Source: the human T2T-CHM13v2.0 reference genome, Homo sapiens. Taken from it: a stretch of DNA of 64,000 nt. Below, one piece after another: positions 1 through 12,380 of this stretch; position 1 is the first letter of the stretch, and each line of letters begins with the position of its first letter. Location of the stretch: NCBI RefSeq assembly GCF_009914755.1, contig NC_060944.1, one strand, 5' to 3'. Under the pieces are notes generated by a model. It ran no database searches, was not told where the DNA came from, and saw only the letters and a list, made by a program, of their open reading frames with translations. Position numbers and translations under genes: made by a program.

Positions 1-618
1 GGTGGGACCAGACTCTGGCCAGGCTTTGAGACATACGTGCCTTTCCGTGTGGTAGGCCTGACCTTGGAAGGGGAGGCCAAGACCTCCACCCCCTCCCCTC
101 CGCCCTGGCCTGCGCTGCTGGGAAGTGGATTTGGAGGCTCTGTTGCTCTCTGCACAGCCCCTCCTGGCCTGGCGGCCCTTCTGGAGCCTGGGAGCAGAGG
201 TGAGGCTGGCATGGGCACGAAATGTGGAAATGCTCCACGCCCCCAGGGCTTGCAGGGGAAGCGACCGACGTAGGTGTGTGGCCCTCAGGGACAGCCCCGG
301 GAAGGGAAGTGGCCGATGTAGGTGTGTGGCCCTCAGGGACACTCCCAGGAAGGGACTGGGCTGCAGAGGACCCGCTCAGGGAAGCCCGGCCCAGGGCAGG
401 GCAGGTGCTGACCCTCTGCATCTCTGCCCATGGTGTTTCCCCCACCTGGAGTGCCCTGGCCAGTGGCTCAAATCCTCCATGGCCTCGAGCCTCCCCTTTA
501 GGTTCCAATGCCGTGCTCCACACAGGGTGCTGTGTCCAGTGTCACTGAGTGAATGGGAGAGTACATGAGGGATACCATCGAGGGGAGTCTCTGCTGGGCC
601 CCACCTGCTCCCCAACCA

Positions 619-840
619 CACACTCCCCCAGACATTCCTCTATCGAGGGCAGTCTCCCCCAGGTCCTACACAGTCCCCCAGCCATTCCTCTATGGAGGGC
701 AGTCTCCCCCAGGCCCTATACAGTCCCCCAGCCATTCCTCTATCGAGGGCAGTCTCCCCCGGGCCCCACACGCCCCCGCAGCCATTCCTCTATCGAGGGC
801 AGTCTCGCCCGGGCCCCACACGCTCCCCTAGACATTCTTC
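619..840. repeat. 50-bp tandem repeat, ~4.4 copies
   Basis: CATTCCTCTATCGAGGGCAGTCTCCCCC recurs every 50 bp. Confidence 0.9.
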
Positions 841-904
841 TGGGCCCCGGGGCATCTGTGTGGCTGCTGGGACCCCCACAGGGGTGGCGGGTGTGGCTGC
901 CCCT

Positions 905-1473
905 GAGAATCATGCTCTGTAGTGTCCCGCCCCTGGTGCAGAGAATCATGCTCTGTAGTGTCCTGCCCCTCGTGCAGAGTATTATGCTCTGTAGTGTCCC
1001 TCCCCTGGTGCAGAGGATCATGCTCTGTAGTGTCCTGCCCCTGGTGCAGAGAATCATGCTCTGTAGTGTTCTCCCTGGTGCAGAGAATCATGCTCTGTAG
1101 TGTCCTCCCCGGTGCAGAGAATCATGCTCTGTAGTGTCCTCACCCCGGTGCAGAGAATCATGCTCTGTAGTGTCCTCCCCGGTGCAGAGAATCATGCTCT
1201 GTAGTGTCCTCCCCCCGGTGCAGAGAATCATGCTCTGTAGTGTCCTGCCCCCAGTGCAGAGAATCATGCTCTGTAGTGTCCTCCCCCCGGTGCAGAGAAT
1301 CATGCTCTGTAGTGTCCTCCCTGGTGCAGAGAATCATGCTCTGTAGTGTCCTCCCCCCAGTGCAGAGAATCATGCTCTGTAGTGTTCTCCCCCCAGTGCA
1401 GAGAATCATGCTCTGTAGTGTCCTCCCCCCGGTGCAGAGAATCATGCTCTGTAGTGTCCTCCCCCTGGTGCAG
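905..1473. repeat. VNTR with 34/36-bp units, ~16 copies
   Basis: Unit GAGAATCATGCTCTGTAGTGTCCT(C)nGGTGCA. Confidence 0.95.
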
Positions 1474-2409
1474 GATCCGGAGGGGCTGCCAGGCCAGGCT
1501 CTCAGGGAAGGTCTGCGGATGCCCAAGTGCCTGCACACCTCTGAGGGCCCGTGGCAAGTGTAGAAAGCAAGCTCTGGGCAGGGCTGGCTGCTGCCAGCCT
1601 CCCACCTCCTTGGTTCCTCCTTTGTCCTGCAGGCTTGTCTCTTCCAGTCTTAACAATGCTGCTCTCAAAAGTCTGAAGCCATAGAATCCCTTCGAACAGC
1701 TGATTCCTCTGGAGAATCCAAAAACATAACTCAATTCCCAAAATTTAACTTTTTATACAACTTGCAGGACTTGATGTGGCGTATGGAGCACTGACCGTCC
1801 ATGTGGCAGGACTCAGAGGACGCGGGCAACACAGTGCCCAGGACAGAGAGGCCACAGAGGAGCAAACGGGCAGGCCGAGGACAGTCAAGACCAAGGGGTG
1901 CCAGGCAGGGTGTGGGCTTCTTGGGCCCACAATGACGGGCCCTCCATCGGGATCCTGTGGGGCAGGCCAGGGGCAGGGGCAGGTGGCCTCATAAGCCCTT
2001 GAGGAAGGTGCAGGGGGAGTTGCTCCCACTCCATGGCTGGGGGACAAGGGGAATTGCATTTCCAAGGGGGCTGAGCCAAGCATCCTCAAAGGCGGCAGTT
2101 TTGGAGCGAGTTGGCACCATAAGCACAGAAGACAGCAAACGTTAGACCCTCTCCCAACTGTGGCGGCCTGGAGGGAGCTCATGCCACCTCTTCTCGAAGG
2201 GAGCGCCCTATGACCTCCTCAGGTGAAAAGACAGAGGGCAGTGCTGGCAAGGGCACCCCAGACCGCCCCCACCACAGGTCGGGGAGATGCTGCAGGTGCC
2301 TACAGGACACTCAGCTTGCAGTCATGGGAGGTCACCGCCACCCCCCTGCGGGGCCTCCTGAGAACTGAGGCCAACAGAGCGCCCTGCATGCCCAGAAATG
2401 CAACATGCT

Positions 2410-2489
2410 CTCCCTTCCTTCCCCTGCAGGACCCCTCTTCAGTCACTCACTCCCTTCCTTCCCCTGCAGGACCCCTCTTCAGTCACTCA
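2410..2489. repeat. 40-bp tandem duplication
   Basis: CTCCCTTCCTTCCCCTGCAGGACCCCTCTTCAGTCACTCA occurs twice. Confidence 0.9.
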
Positions 2490-3886
2490 TTTTGGGGCAA
2501 TTGAAGGCTTTATTTGGAAAAGACATACCAAATTTCCTCAGCTGAGCAGATTTTTAAGTAGCAAATTATTATCAACCCGAACTGGGAGGCCAAGTCGTCT
2601 GTAGACCCTGTGAGGAGCTGGGAGGTCACTTCCCTTTCCTCTGGGTGGAAGGGGACGCCTGAGAGCCAGGGGCAGAGGAAGAGGCAGAAAGGAGGGAGGG
2701 GACAGGGAGAGAAACTGCAGGTGGACAGACAGGCAGGGCCTGGAGTCCTGGAGCTCAGAGGGGACAGGAGCCCACCCACAGGGACAGCCCAACTCTGTCT
2801 TGTCTTTTTGCAAAATGCTCAAGCTCAAAGCCCGGCTGAGGCTGCTTTAAATTAGATGCTGCCTCAGCGGGTCCCTCTGGAGTTGTTGGAAATCTAATTA
2901 GCCAGGCAGCCTGGCACAAATGTCCTAATTCCCTGACGCTGGGGGACGCGAGTGTCTCTTTGCTGCTGGGGTTCCCGGCCTCAGCCTGGCCTTTGCACTC
3001 TGCTTGTTTTCCAGGATGATGCCTATCAGAAACCCTAATTGTTTTTTCAGAAACGGCTAATTAATTAGGCTCAGCCTCTTAAAAGGCACTTAAAATACTA
3101 ACGACTTGCTAAAAAAGGGCAGGACTTGAAAGCAAAGCCAAGGTCCAAAGTGCCCACCAGCGTGAGGGGTCTGCTGCCTCCCTGCGGGGAAGCCCTGGCA
3201 GAGCCCCTTGCTTTGCTGCTCACAGAGTCCAGGACATGAGAGCCGAGCCCATGCACCAGTGACTCACGCCCCGGCACAGATGAGCCCAGAGCCCGGAACA
3301 GAGGCCATAGCAAGACCCCGGGAGCCCAGCCTCCCCCACCCCTCCAGCCCCGCTCTGGGCCCCAGGAGGCTGACCTCCATGGATGTCCCAGCAATCTGTC
3401 TCTGGCCTCTGGGTGGGTGTGGCCAATGGAGTCATCCGGGACACGGAGGTGGGAAGGGACTGGGCCCTCCTTATCAGGTCTGAGGGTCAGGGGCCCTACA
3501 TCTGCTTGTCCCTGTTCTCAGCGCCAGGCTCACCTCATCCCCTGCCCCTTGTCAGAGCTCCTTCTTTGACCCTCCCCAGGGGTCCAGCTCACTTGTTTTT
3601 TAGTGACCTCATCACAGACAAGTTCTCAGCCCTCCCATGGGGCGGTCGGTCCTTCAGGCACTGGAAATACAGCGGTGGACACAGTGGTGGACCTCCCGGT
3701 ATGTCCTCTGTTCGACTGAACAGTCGGGTTGCGGGGCCTCCAGGAGCTCTGTGAGCCCGTGCTCAGGTGCACACAACAGAAGTACTCCGCTGACGCCCAC
3801 CCCTTTCACTCAGCTCTCGGTTCAGTCATCGCCAAGCAACTGAGAGCCTTTGTGAAGAGGCTTCCTGCCCTCTTCATCTTCCACAG

Positions 3887-4195
3887 ACACGCTCTTCTTC
3901 CTTAAGCCCAGGCATACACAGACACAGTGAATGCACACACAAAGACACACACCAGTGTGCACACTGCTCTGGAATCCACAGGTTCTATAAATATCTAGAA
4001 ATGATATCTGAAAGTGCATTGTTATATGCGCTGGTCTGTGATGGTTACGGTGATGGTGATTCCTCCTTCCGGAGGATGGCGCGGCTGCAGCCAGAGGGAG
4101 ATTAGGTGGCGGAGGCTTCGATGACCATTTACATTTTACGAGTACTTATTTTGAGTGTGTATTTGGAAAAATTAAATTTGTATATCAAGCCCATG
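3887..4195 (+). ncRNA. Candidate terminal exon of an upstream lncRNA (LINC01056/LINC01749 region)
   Basis: Strong acceptor CTTCCTGCCCTCTTCATCTTCCACAG ending 3886; ATTAAA at 4171 followed by T-rich sequence. The gene assignment rests only on my recollection of the locus order. Confidence 0.35.
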
Positions 4196-4344
4196 ATTTC
4201 ACAGATATTTTTGCTTAGGTCAAAGGCTAAAACAGGTATTTAAATCAATTCGTTTATTTAACTTAAAGAAAAATATGACGGGTTAAGGTTGGGCTTCCCC
4301 AGAAGTAGATCCCGAAGCAGGAATGGGAGGTGTCCCAGCGTGGC

Positions 4345-4755
4345 GGCGAGTTACTTCAAACTGGGTGGCTTTAAGTAACGAGGATTCATTCCATCTCCGT
4401 TCTGGAGCTGGACATCTGAAAGCAAGCTCTGGGCAGGGCTGGCTCCTGTGGAGGCTCTGGGAGGGGGTGTGGTTTCTTCCTGGTCCCTTCCAGCTTCTGG
4501 TGGCTCCAGGCCTTCCTTGGTGTCCCCGGCTTGCAGCCGCATCACTCCAATCTCTGCCTCTGTTTTCCGTGGCGTTTTTCTCCAAATCTACCTGTCTCAG
4601 CTTCTCCATCTCTTATGAGGGCACCCTTCATGGGATTTGAGGCCCACTCTAATCCATGATCCTTACCCTAATTACATCTGCAAAGACCTTATTCCAAATA
4701 AGGCCACATTCTGTGGTTATGGGTGGACATATTTGGGGGCCCTGTTCATCCTACT
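4345..4755 (-). mobile_element. MaLR LTR (MLT1B/C-like)
   Basis: AACTGGGTGGCTTTAA...CACTCCAATCTCTGCCTC...TACATCTGCAAAGACCTTATTCCAAATAAGGCCACATTC is typical of an antisense MLT1. Confidence 0.8.
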
Positions 4756-7054
4756 TAAGGAGGGAAAGTTGTTTATTTTGGAGGTGACTCTGAGAGCACA
4801 GCAGCAGGTGAGTGGGAGGTGAGATGCCCAGTGACCAGGGCGGCCATCAGGCAGGCCACGGCCAGGCTTCTGGGCTCAGCCTCACCAGGTCCTCAGCTGC
4901 CCAGGGCTTTCTCACCCAGGACCTGCCTGGAGACTGCTCCGGGGCCATCAAGTCCCCGGCATGTCAGCCCACCCTGGCCAGAAACAGCCTGGTCAAGGGG
5001 CACAGGGCTGTGGAGTTGGGGTGCCCAGGAAGGGGAGAACCAGCGGGGTCCATGGGCCAGGAGAGTCCAGCCTTGAAGATGGGGGTGTGAACCACACAGT
5101 CACGGTCTCAAAGGCACAGAGCTTTGAAAGCAAGGTAGTAGCTCCTCAAGCCCTCTGGGCACGCCCCACCAGGGTTTGTATGTGGAGTTAATAGGGGGCA
5201 GTTCCAGGAGCACACCAGAGGGGCCGGGGCAGCCGGAGGGGCCAGGGCAGTGGAGGGCTGGGCAGCTGGGGCCCAACCCCACTGGGGACTGAGAGGCCTC
5301 GTGACTGCTGCCTCAGATCCACCTCTGAAGGGCGGGAAGCCTGGGCTCTCCCTGTCCCCCACAAACCAGGGCTGGAGTGTAGCTGGGGGGTGTGGAGTGA
5401 GGCTGGTGAGAGGTGCCCGACGGGAGAAGGGCCCCGGTCCAGCAGCTTTCCCTGATCAACCAAGGGGGATCTATTTTGTTTGTAAAAAGCTGATTATCAT
5501 AGATAAATGTGTCTAATTAGTCTCATTTGCTGACACACAAGCCTTTAATTGCAAGTTGAATAATTAGACATATCTGCATATGTAAATGATACAGTTATAC
5601 CCTATGTCAGTCTTTAACGTGATTCCTCCAGAGACAAATAATTCTATTTCAGGAGAGAATATGATATATTAATTTACATAGACAAACAACTTTATTTAGA
5701 ACCAGCAACTCTCGTGTTTGTTTACATAAAGTAATAACTCGAGAAATGGGAAAGATCGATGTTGCAGCAACATCTGGAGGCTCCTAACCTGCAGGGGAGT
5801 CCCTGGCAGCCTCCCACGGGGGCTGGGTCTTCCTCCGCCCTCCTGGGGCCCCAGTCCTCCCACGTGGACAGCAGCTCTGGGCCTGGGGGTGGGCTGGGGC
5901 CCAGGCCATGGGGTCTCCCTCCCCTCTTCCCCCTCCACCCTCCCTCATGCCATGCTTCCTCCTCTGCCCCTTGTCCTCGCTGGGTGGCAGGATGGGTGAG
6001 ATGCCCGGTGGCCCTGCAGGCCTGCAGCTGGCCCAGTGCATGTGGGTGTCCCCTCTCCATGGCTGTGCCCTGCATGCTGGCAGAGCTGCCAGGGGCAGCT
6101 TGGAGCAGGAGCAGCTGGAGCTTGGGTCCTGATTCAGGCAGTGCTACAGCCGGCTCCCTGCCAGGCCCTGGGTCAGCTGCCCACCTCCCCAGTGGGTGTC
6201 ATGCTCAGCAGCCTCAGGACAGGGCTGGGGGGCTGGCTGGTGCCGCCTGCCTCTGTCAGGCCCCCGGCCTCCACTCTGGCTGAGTACATCGTCTCCTCTC
6301 TGAGCTGGGCAGGGCAGCCACTGGCGACCCCTGGCATCCTCCGGGTCTGACTGGCGGGGACAGGGCTGCGAAAGCATTTGGAGGCCTGACCTGGAAGGAG
6401 GAATGAGGGGCCAGCTGAGGGCGTCCCAGGCAGAGCCAGGCTTGCGATGCCCAGGGTGCCCGGGGCACAGAGTGGCCCGGCCGCTCCCACACCCCTTCCC
6501 CCTTCCCTGGGCCCGTGGTCACATGGGTTTCGCTGGGAGGCAGAGCGTGAGGAATTTGGCTCTGGTGGAATGAGGACGGCTGCACTCCCTGCTTTGCAGA
6601 GGGCCCGCACAGCAGCCCGTCACTGTGGCAACCGGCTCCGTGATGCTGGCAGGAGCTGACATCGTCCCAATTCGCCCCTGTGGTCCCTTTTGGTCCCCCT
6701 CCCCTCGACCGCCAGGAGCCGCTGTGGATCGAGTTGGCCAGCAGAGGGCAGCAGAGGGCTGGTCGCTGGCGGGGCTGGCGGGGCTGGCGGGGCTGGCAGT
6801 GGACGCCACACTTTGGGGTCTCCAGGCCCCCAAGTCTTCTGGGGAAAGCAGCAGACAGGCGACAGCCACAGGGATGGGGAGGCGCCATCACTACTGCAAC
6901 CACTGGGGGTAGCCCTTGGCCCGTCTGGGGGCATTTCATCTTTGGCAGAGCTGAGGGGTCCAGCACGTGGGCCTCTAAGGAGGGGTCTCCCGCCCACCGC
7001 CCCCAGTGCTACTGTGACCGCGGCGGCTCGGCCCCGCCTGCACTCCCAGGTTCT

Positions 7055-8135
7055 CACTCATGCAGTCACTCACTCATTCGCTCGCTCATTCACTCGCTCA
7101 TTCACTCATTCATTCACTCGCTCATTCACTCATTCACTCATTCACACACACTCATTTGTTCACTCATTCCTTCACTCAATCATTTACACACTCATTTGTT
7201 CACTCATTCATTCACATACTTATTTGTTCACTTATTCATTCCTTCATTCACTCATTCATTCACACATACTCATTTGTTCACTCATTTCCTTATTCACTCA
7301 TTCATTCACACATGCACTCATTTGTTCACTCCTTTTTTCATTCATTCATTCACACACACTCATTTGTTCACTCATTCATTCACTTATTCACATACACTCA
7401 CGCATTTGTTCAGTCACTCATTCCTTCATTCACTCACTCATTCACACACACTCATTTGTTCACTCACCCATTCACACACACTCATTTGTACACTCACACA
7501 CAATCATTTGTTTACTCACTCATTCACATTCACTCATTCATGCACACACTTACTGATTCATGCACACACTTATTTGTTCACTCACTCTTGTTCACTCATT
7601 CATTTCTTTCACTCATTCACTCACACACATTCACTCATTCATGGACACACTGATTCATACACACAGTTGTTCACTCACTCATTTCTTCATTCACTCGTTC
7701 ACTCACATTCATTCACACATTCATTTGATCAGTCATTCATTCATGCAATCATTTGTTCACTCATTCCTTCACTCATTCATTCACACACTCATTTGTTCAC
7801 TCCTTTCTTCACTCATTCATTCACACACTCATTTGTTCACTCATTCCTTCACTCAATCATTCACACACTCATTTGTTCACTCACTCATTCCTTCATTCAC
7901 TCATTCACACACTCATTTGTTCACTCGCTCATTCAATCATTCATTCACACACACTCATTTGTTTACTCACTCATTTGTTCACCCACTCATTCCTTTAGTC
8001 ACTCATTCATTCACACACTCACTTGTTTGCTCACTCATTCCTTCACACACATGCACTCACTTGTTCACTCACTCATCCACACACATTCATTAATTTATTT
8101 ACACACACACTCACTCATTTGTTTACTCAGTCACT
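7055..8135. repeat. (TTCA/CTCA)n-based complex simple repeat, ~1.1 kb
   Basis: Recurrent CACACTCATTTGTTCACTCATTCATT motif. Confidence 0.95.
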
Positions 8136-9268
8136 CCTTTGTACACAGGGAAAGAGTAAGGTACCTTTCCCTCCTGTTCAGCTGCTGCCAGAAGCAGTGT
8201 CCAGTTCTCCTGGTCTAAGCAGGACTCAAGGTCCTGCAGCAGCTCAGCAGCCCCTGGAGCTGCAGCGTCTCCTTTGTTCTCTCTGAAGGGGGCATGCCTT
8301 GGCCCCAACATTCTTGTCCTTCATTTTTTGAAGTTTCTTCCCCCTCTCTCCTGGCTAATCTCATATCTTAACTACCAATATAAGACAAAATATTTCTGTG
8401 ACTTTCTTTCCAATTCAATAAATCCATCTGGTGAGAAGAGAAAAAAATGCAAGAAGAGAAGAGGCAATGCCGCACCCCAAACCCTGTCAGTCACTCACAC
8501 TGAGGACATTTTCACGAGGCGTTAATGGGTGATGTTTGAATTCTGGTTGCCAGCACAGATCAGGGCAAAGCTCTTGTAAAACTCTATTAAAGTCTGTGGA
8601 TCCAGCTGAGACACAGGGCTGGGAAACAAAGTTAACTGTTCTCCCTCCTGAGCGGCTTGTGGTTCAGGAAACACCCCCAAGCCCCTGCCTTGGGGGATCT
8701 GTGGGTGAGAGGGAAGCATATTTGGATACAGCTTCAAGAGAGAGGTCCGACTGCTCTGTGTGTACACGTGTGTGTGGATTGCCCTGTGTGCACCAGCTCT
8801 GTGAGTGCCTGCATGGGAGTGTGTACACACCTGTGCTCTGTGTGCATCCTCAAACACACCACACCAACAGGGGTCTGGCATTGCCCCCCTACGGTGCTCA
8901 TGGTGAAGTCCTCGGACTCCAAGCCCCTCTTCTGCGCCAGCAGTGACCAGGCTGTGGTCAGCATGGCCTGTTGGTGGCCTTTGACTTCCTCTGTTGGCAG
9001 ATGGCTTGAGGCCCCCCAGTTCAGGGCCACAGGTGACTTCCCCCTTTCCCAGGTGGTGGGGCCCTGTAGGCTTGACCAGCCCCAGGCTCCAGAGCGCACA
9101 GAGGTGGCTGTCCACAGAGCGCGGGAGGCATGGGAGGGTGTGCTGCTGCCTGCTGGTCATCCAGCTCCTCGCCCATTAAGGAGCCCGCTTTCCCCTTTGG
9201 GAGGCCACAGGGGCTGGCGAAGGCCCTTCAGCTGTGGCTCAGGTGGGCTGGGCACCACTGCAGGAGAA

Positions 9269-9369
9269 GCCTCCTCCAGATGGGAGGAGGTAGGAGGTGC
9301 CTCCTCCAGATGGGAGGAGGTAGGAGGTGCCTCCTCCAGATGGGAGGAGGTAGGAGGTGCCTCCTCCAG
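9269..9369. repeat. 30-bp tandem repeat, ~3.3 copies
   Basis: Unit GCCTCCTCCAGATGGGAGGAGGTAGGAGGT. Confidence 0.9.
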
Positions 9370-9566
9370 GATCAACCCCAGCTCCTTAGCACCAGCGAAC
9401 AGACACAGTAGACACACGCAGGAACAAGCACATGTCCCAGGCTGCACCGTCTGTGTCTTTCCCTTTTTGGGGTCCTTGCATTTCACCCTTACCTGGTTCT
9501 GGATTCAGCTTTTAAGGGCACACTGATTGGCAGCCAGGCCACTGTGAGCGCTGGCTCCAAATGTCC

Positions 9567-9568
<2 letters not shown>

Positions 9569-9597
<29 letters not shown>

Positions 9598-9880
9598 GAG
9601 ATGGAATCTCTGTCTGTCATCCAGCCTGGAGTGCAGTGGTATGATCTTCGCTCACCTCAACCTCTGTCTCCCGGTTTGAGTAATTCTCGTGCCTTAGCCT
9701 CCCCAGTAGCTGGGATTACAGGTGTGCACCACCATGCCCAGCTAGTTTTTTTGTATTTCTAGTAGAGACGGGTTTTCACCATGTTGGCCAGGCTGCTCTG
9801 GAACTCTTGGCCTCAAGTGATCTGCCCACCTCAGCCTCCCACAGTGCTGGGATTATAGGTGTGAGCCACTGCGCCCGGCT
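9569..9880 (-). mobile_element. AluS-family element
   Basis: Full dimer with (GTTTT)n tail; TSD TCCAAATGTCCTT at 9556-9568 and 9881-9893. Confidence 0.95.
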
Positions 9881-11296
9881 TCCAAATGTCCTTGACAACG
9901 GCCACAGCATAGCCTGCAGCCAAGGGGCGAGGGCTGATCGCGAGGGCCTGTGGTCATTCCTCCACCTTCGGTGCCCTGCCTGGGCACCCCCGTGCAGCTA
10001 CCACGTGGGGAAGGCACTTGGCCTCTTCCCTCATCTGCAGACTCAGCCAACTTCTGGGGCTCCCTCGGCAGTTGGGGCTAACTCAGTGGGTCAGGTGGAC
10101 CCCGGCTGTGCGTGCAGCCCCCGAGAGGGTCAGCAGGGGCGCGGAGGCCCCCTTGGCTCTGCTTTGTTCTGCCTGCGGCTCCGGTTGGTTTGTGATATCT
10201 TTGGTTCCATCTCTTGCCCCCATGTGACCCCATCGTCTGCCTGGCCGGGGGCTCCCTTGTTGGAGTGTGGGGCGAGCCCCCACCCGTGTGGGAAGAGGAG
10301 AAGGCCAGGCTCTAAGCCCCACTCAGCTCCTCGTCCTCGGAGGGGTCCTGGCCCTAAGAGGGCTTGTTGGGGTCACGCAAGCTCACAATGGCTGTGGTCC
10401 TCAGCAGGTGGGACAATCGGGCTGTTTTCCGATGGTGTTTGGCAGAAAGTGGGAGTCAAAGCTTAGAAAAGCCCTGACAGAAATGGTTCCCTGAGGCTGG
10501 CGGGAGAGTGGCACTCGGGATATTAAAACAGCGAAGTCGGTCCTGGCCAATTATCAGCCAGCTGGCCTTGCTCCGGCGCCCAGAGCTCACAGGGTGAGTC
10601 ACCATCTGCGGCTGAGCATCCCTGTTCAGTGAGGGAGACAGATCCTGTCCTGTTCCCTCCTCCCAGCTGTTTGTGGCCTCCCTCCTCAGGCTGCCTGGGA
10701 AGCTGTTTCAGAACCTTCCAGTCCCCTCCTGGCTGGCCCTGGGGCTCTGTGGAAGTCCTGCTTCCCCCAGCAGTGCCTGGCCCTTTGTCCCTGACCCAGG
10801 AAAAGGTGAAGTGGGGGTACTTCCTGTGCATGACACGCCCCCTTCCCTTCTCCCAGCCTCCTGCCTCGGGGCTCTGGCAAGAAAGAGGGCCTGAGCTGCA
10901 GGAGAAGGGCTTCCTTGAGCAGGAAGAAGCCCTGGCCCAGGGCAGGGTGCCCGGAAGGCGGAAGGATCCCAGCCCAAGCCACAGCCCCACCAGATGGGTG
11001 GGGGCCTTCATCACAAGAAAGATCAGAGAGTTGCCCTCTGAAGCCTTCGCAGTGGCCCTGACACAGGCTGCCAGGGATCCGTCACTCAAGGGAAGGCCCT
11101 GGGGGTGGGGGGCTCTGGCAGGGGTGACCACAGTGGTTAGGGGCCTGGGTGAGAAAAGGGACCCCTGATGTCCCATCAGGGCCGGGAGGGGAACTGGAGG
11201 ACCTCCTGGCACTCCCTGGCCCCTCCTCTGGTGCCTAGCACCTTCCAGTGCTTTTCCCAAGAGGAAGGGAGAGCCTGGTTTCATTACTAAGCCCTC

Positions 11297-12380
11297 CATG
11301 TCCTGTCCGTGTCCGTGTCCTGTTTGTGTCTGCGTCCTGTCTGTGTCCATGTCCTGTCTGTGTCCGTGTCCTGTCCGTGTCCTGTCTGTGTCCTGTCCGT
11401 GTCCTGTCCATGTCCACGTCCTGTCTGTGTCCTCTCCGTGTCCGTGTCCTGTCCGTGTCTGTGTCCATGTCCTATTCATGTCCGTGTCCTGTCCGTGTCC
11501 TGCCTGTGTCCGTGTCTGTGTCCTGTCCGTGTCCTGTCTGTGTCCGTGTCCTGTCCATATCTGTGTCCGTGTCCTGTCCATATCTGTGTCCGTGTCCGAG
11601 TCCGTGTCTGTGTCTGTGTCCATGTCCATGTCCTGTGTCCGCGTCTGTGTCTGTGTCCATGTCCATGTCCTGTCTGTGTCCATGTCTATGTCCTGTCCGT
11701 GTCCTGTCAGTGTCCTGTCTATGTCTTGTCCATAACCTGTCTGTGTCCGTGTCCTGTCCATGTCTGTGTCCTGTCTGTGTCCTGTCTGTGTCCGTGTCCT
11801 GTCCATGTCCATGTCCTGTCCGTGTCTATGTCTTGTCTGTGTCCATGTCCTGTCCATGTCTGTGTCCGAGTCCTGTCCATGTCCATGTCCATGTCCTGTC
11901 CGTGTCTGTGTCCATGTCCGTGTCCTGTCCGTGTCTGTGTCTGTGTCTTGTCCATGTCCGTGTCCTGTCCATGTCCTGTCTGTGTCCGTGTCCTGTCCAT
12001 GTCCGTGTCCTGTCCCTGTCCGTGTCCATGTCCATGTCCTGTCCATGTCCGTGTCCTGTCCGTGTCTGTGTCCATGTCCGTGTCCTGTCCATGTCCGTGT
12101 CCTGTTTGTGTCCTGTCTGTGTCCGTGTCCTGTTTGTGTCCTGTCTGTGTTCGTGTCCTGTCCATGTCCATGTCCTGTCCGTGTCTGTGTCCATGTCCTT
12201 GTCCTGTCCATGTCTGTGTCCTGTCCATGTCTGTGTCCTGTCTGTGTTCGTGTCCTGTCCATGTCCGTGTCCTGTGTCCATGTCCTGTCCATGTCCGTGT
12301 CCTGTCTGTGTTCGTGTCCTGTCCATGTCCGTGTCCTGTCTGTGTCCATGTCCTGTCTATGTCCGTGTCCTGTCCGTGTT
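11297..12380. repeat. (GTCCT/GTCCGT/GTCCAT/GTCTGT)n complex simple repeat, ~1.1 kb
   Basis: Interspersed 5- and 6-mer units; nearly A-free on the + strand. Confidence 0.95.

Noticed and set aside
905-1473. CRISPR-like array of ~36-bp repeats
   Set aside because: Head-to-tail units without unique spacers, human DNA and no cas genes. The same applies to the other arrays in the window.
6680-8218. 512-aa His/Ser/Thr/Phe-rich ORF
   Set aside because: Translation of the TTCA simple repeat; no domain or gene structure.
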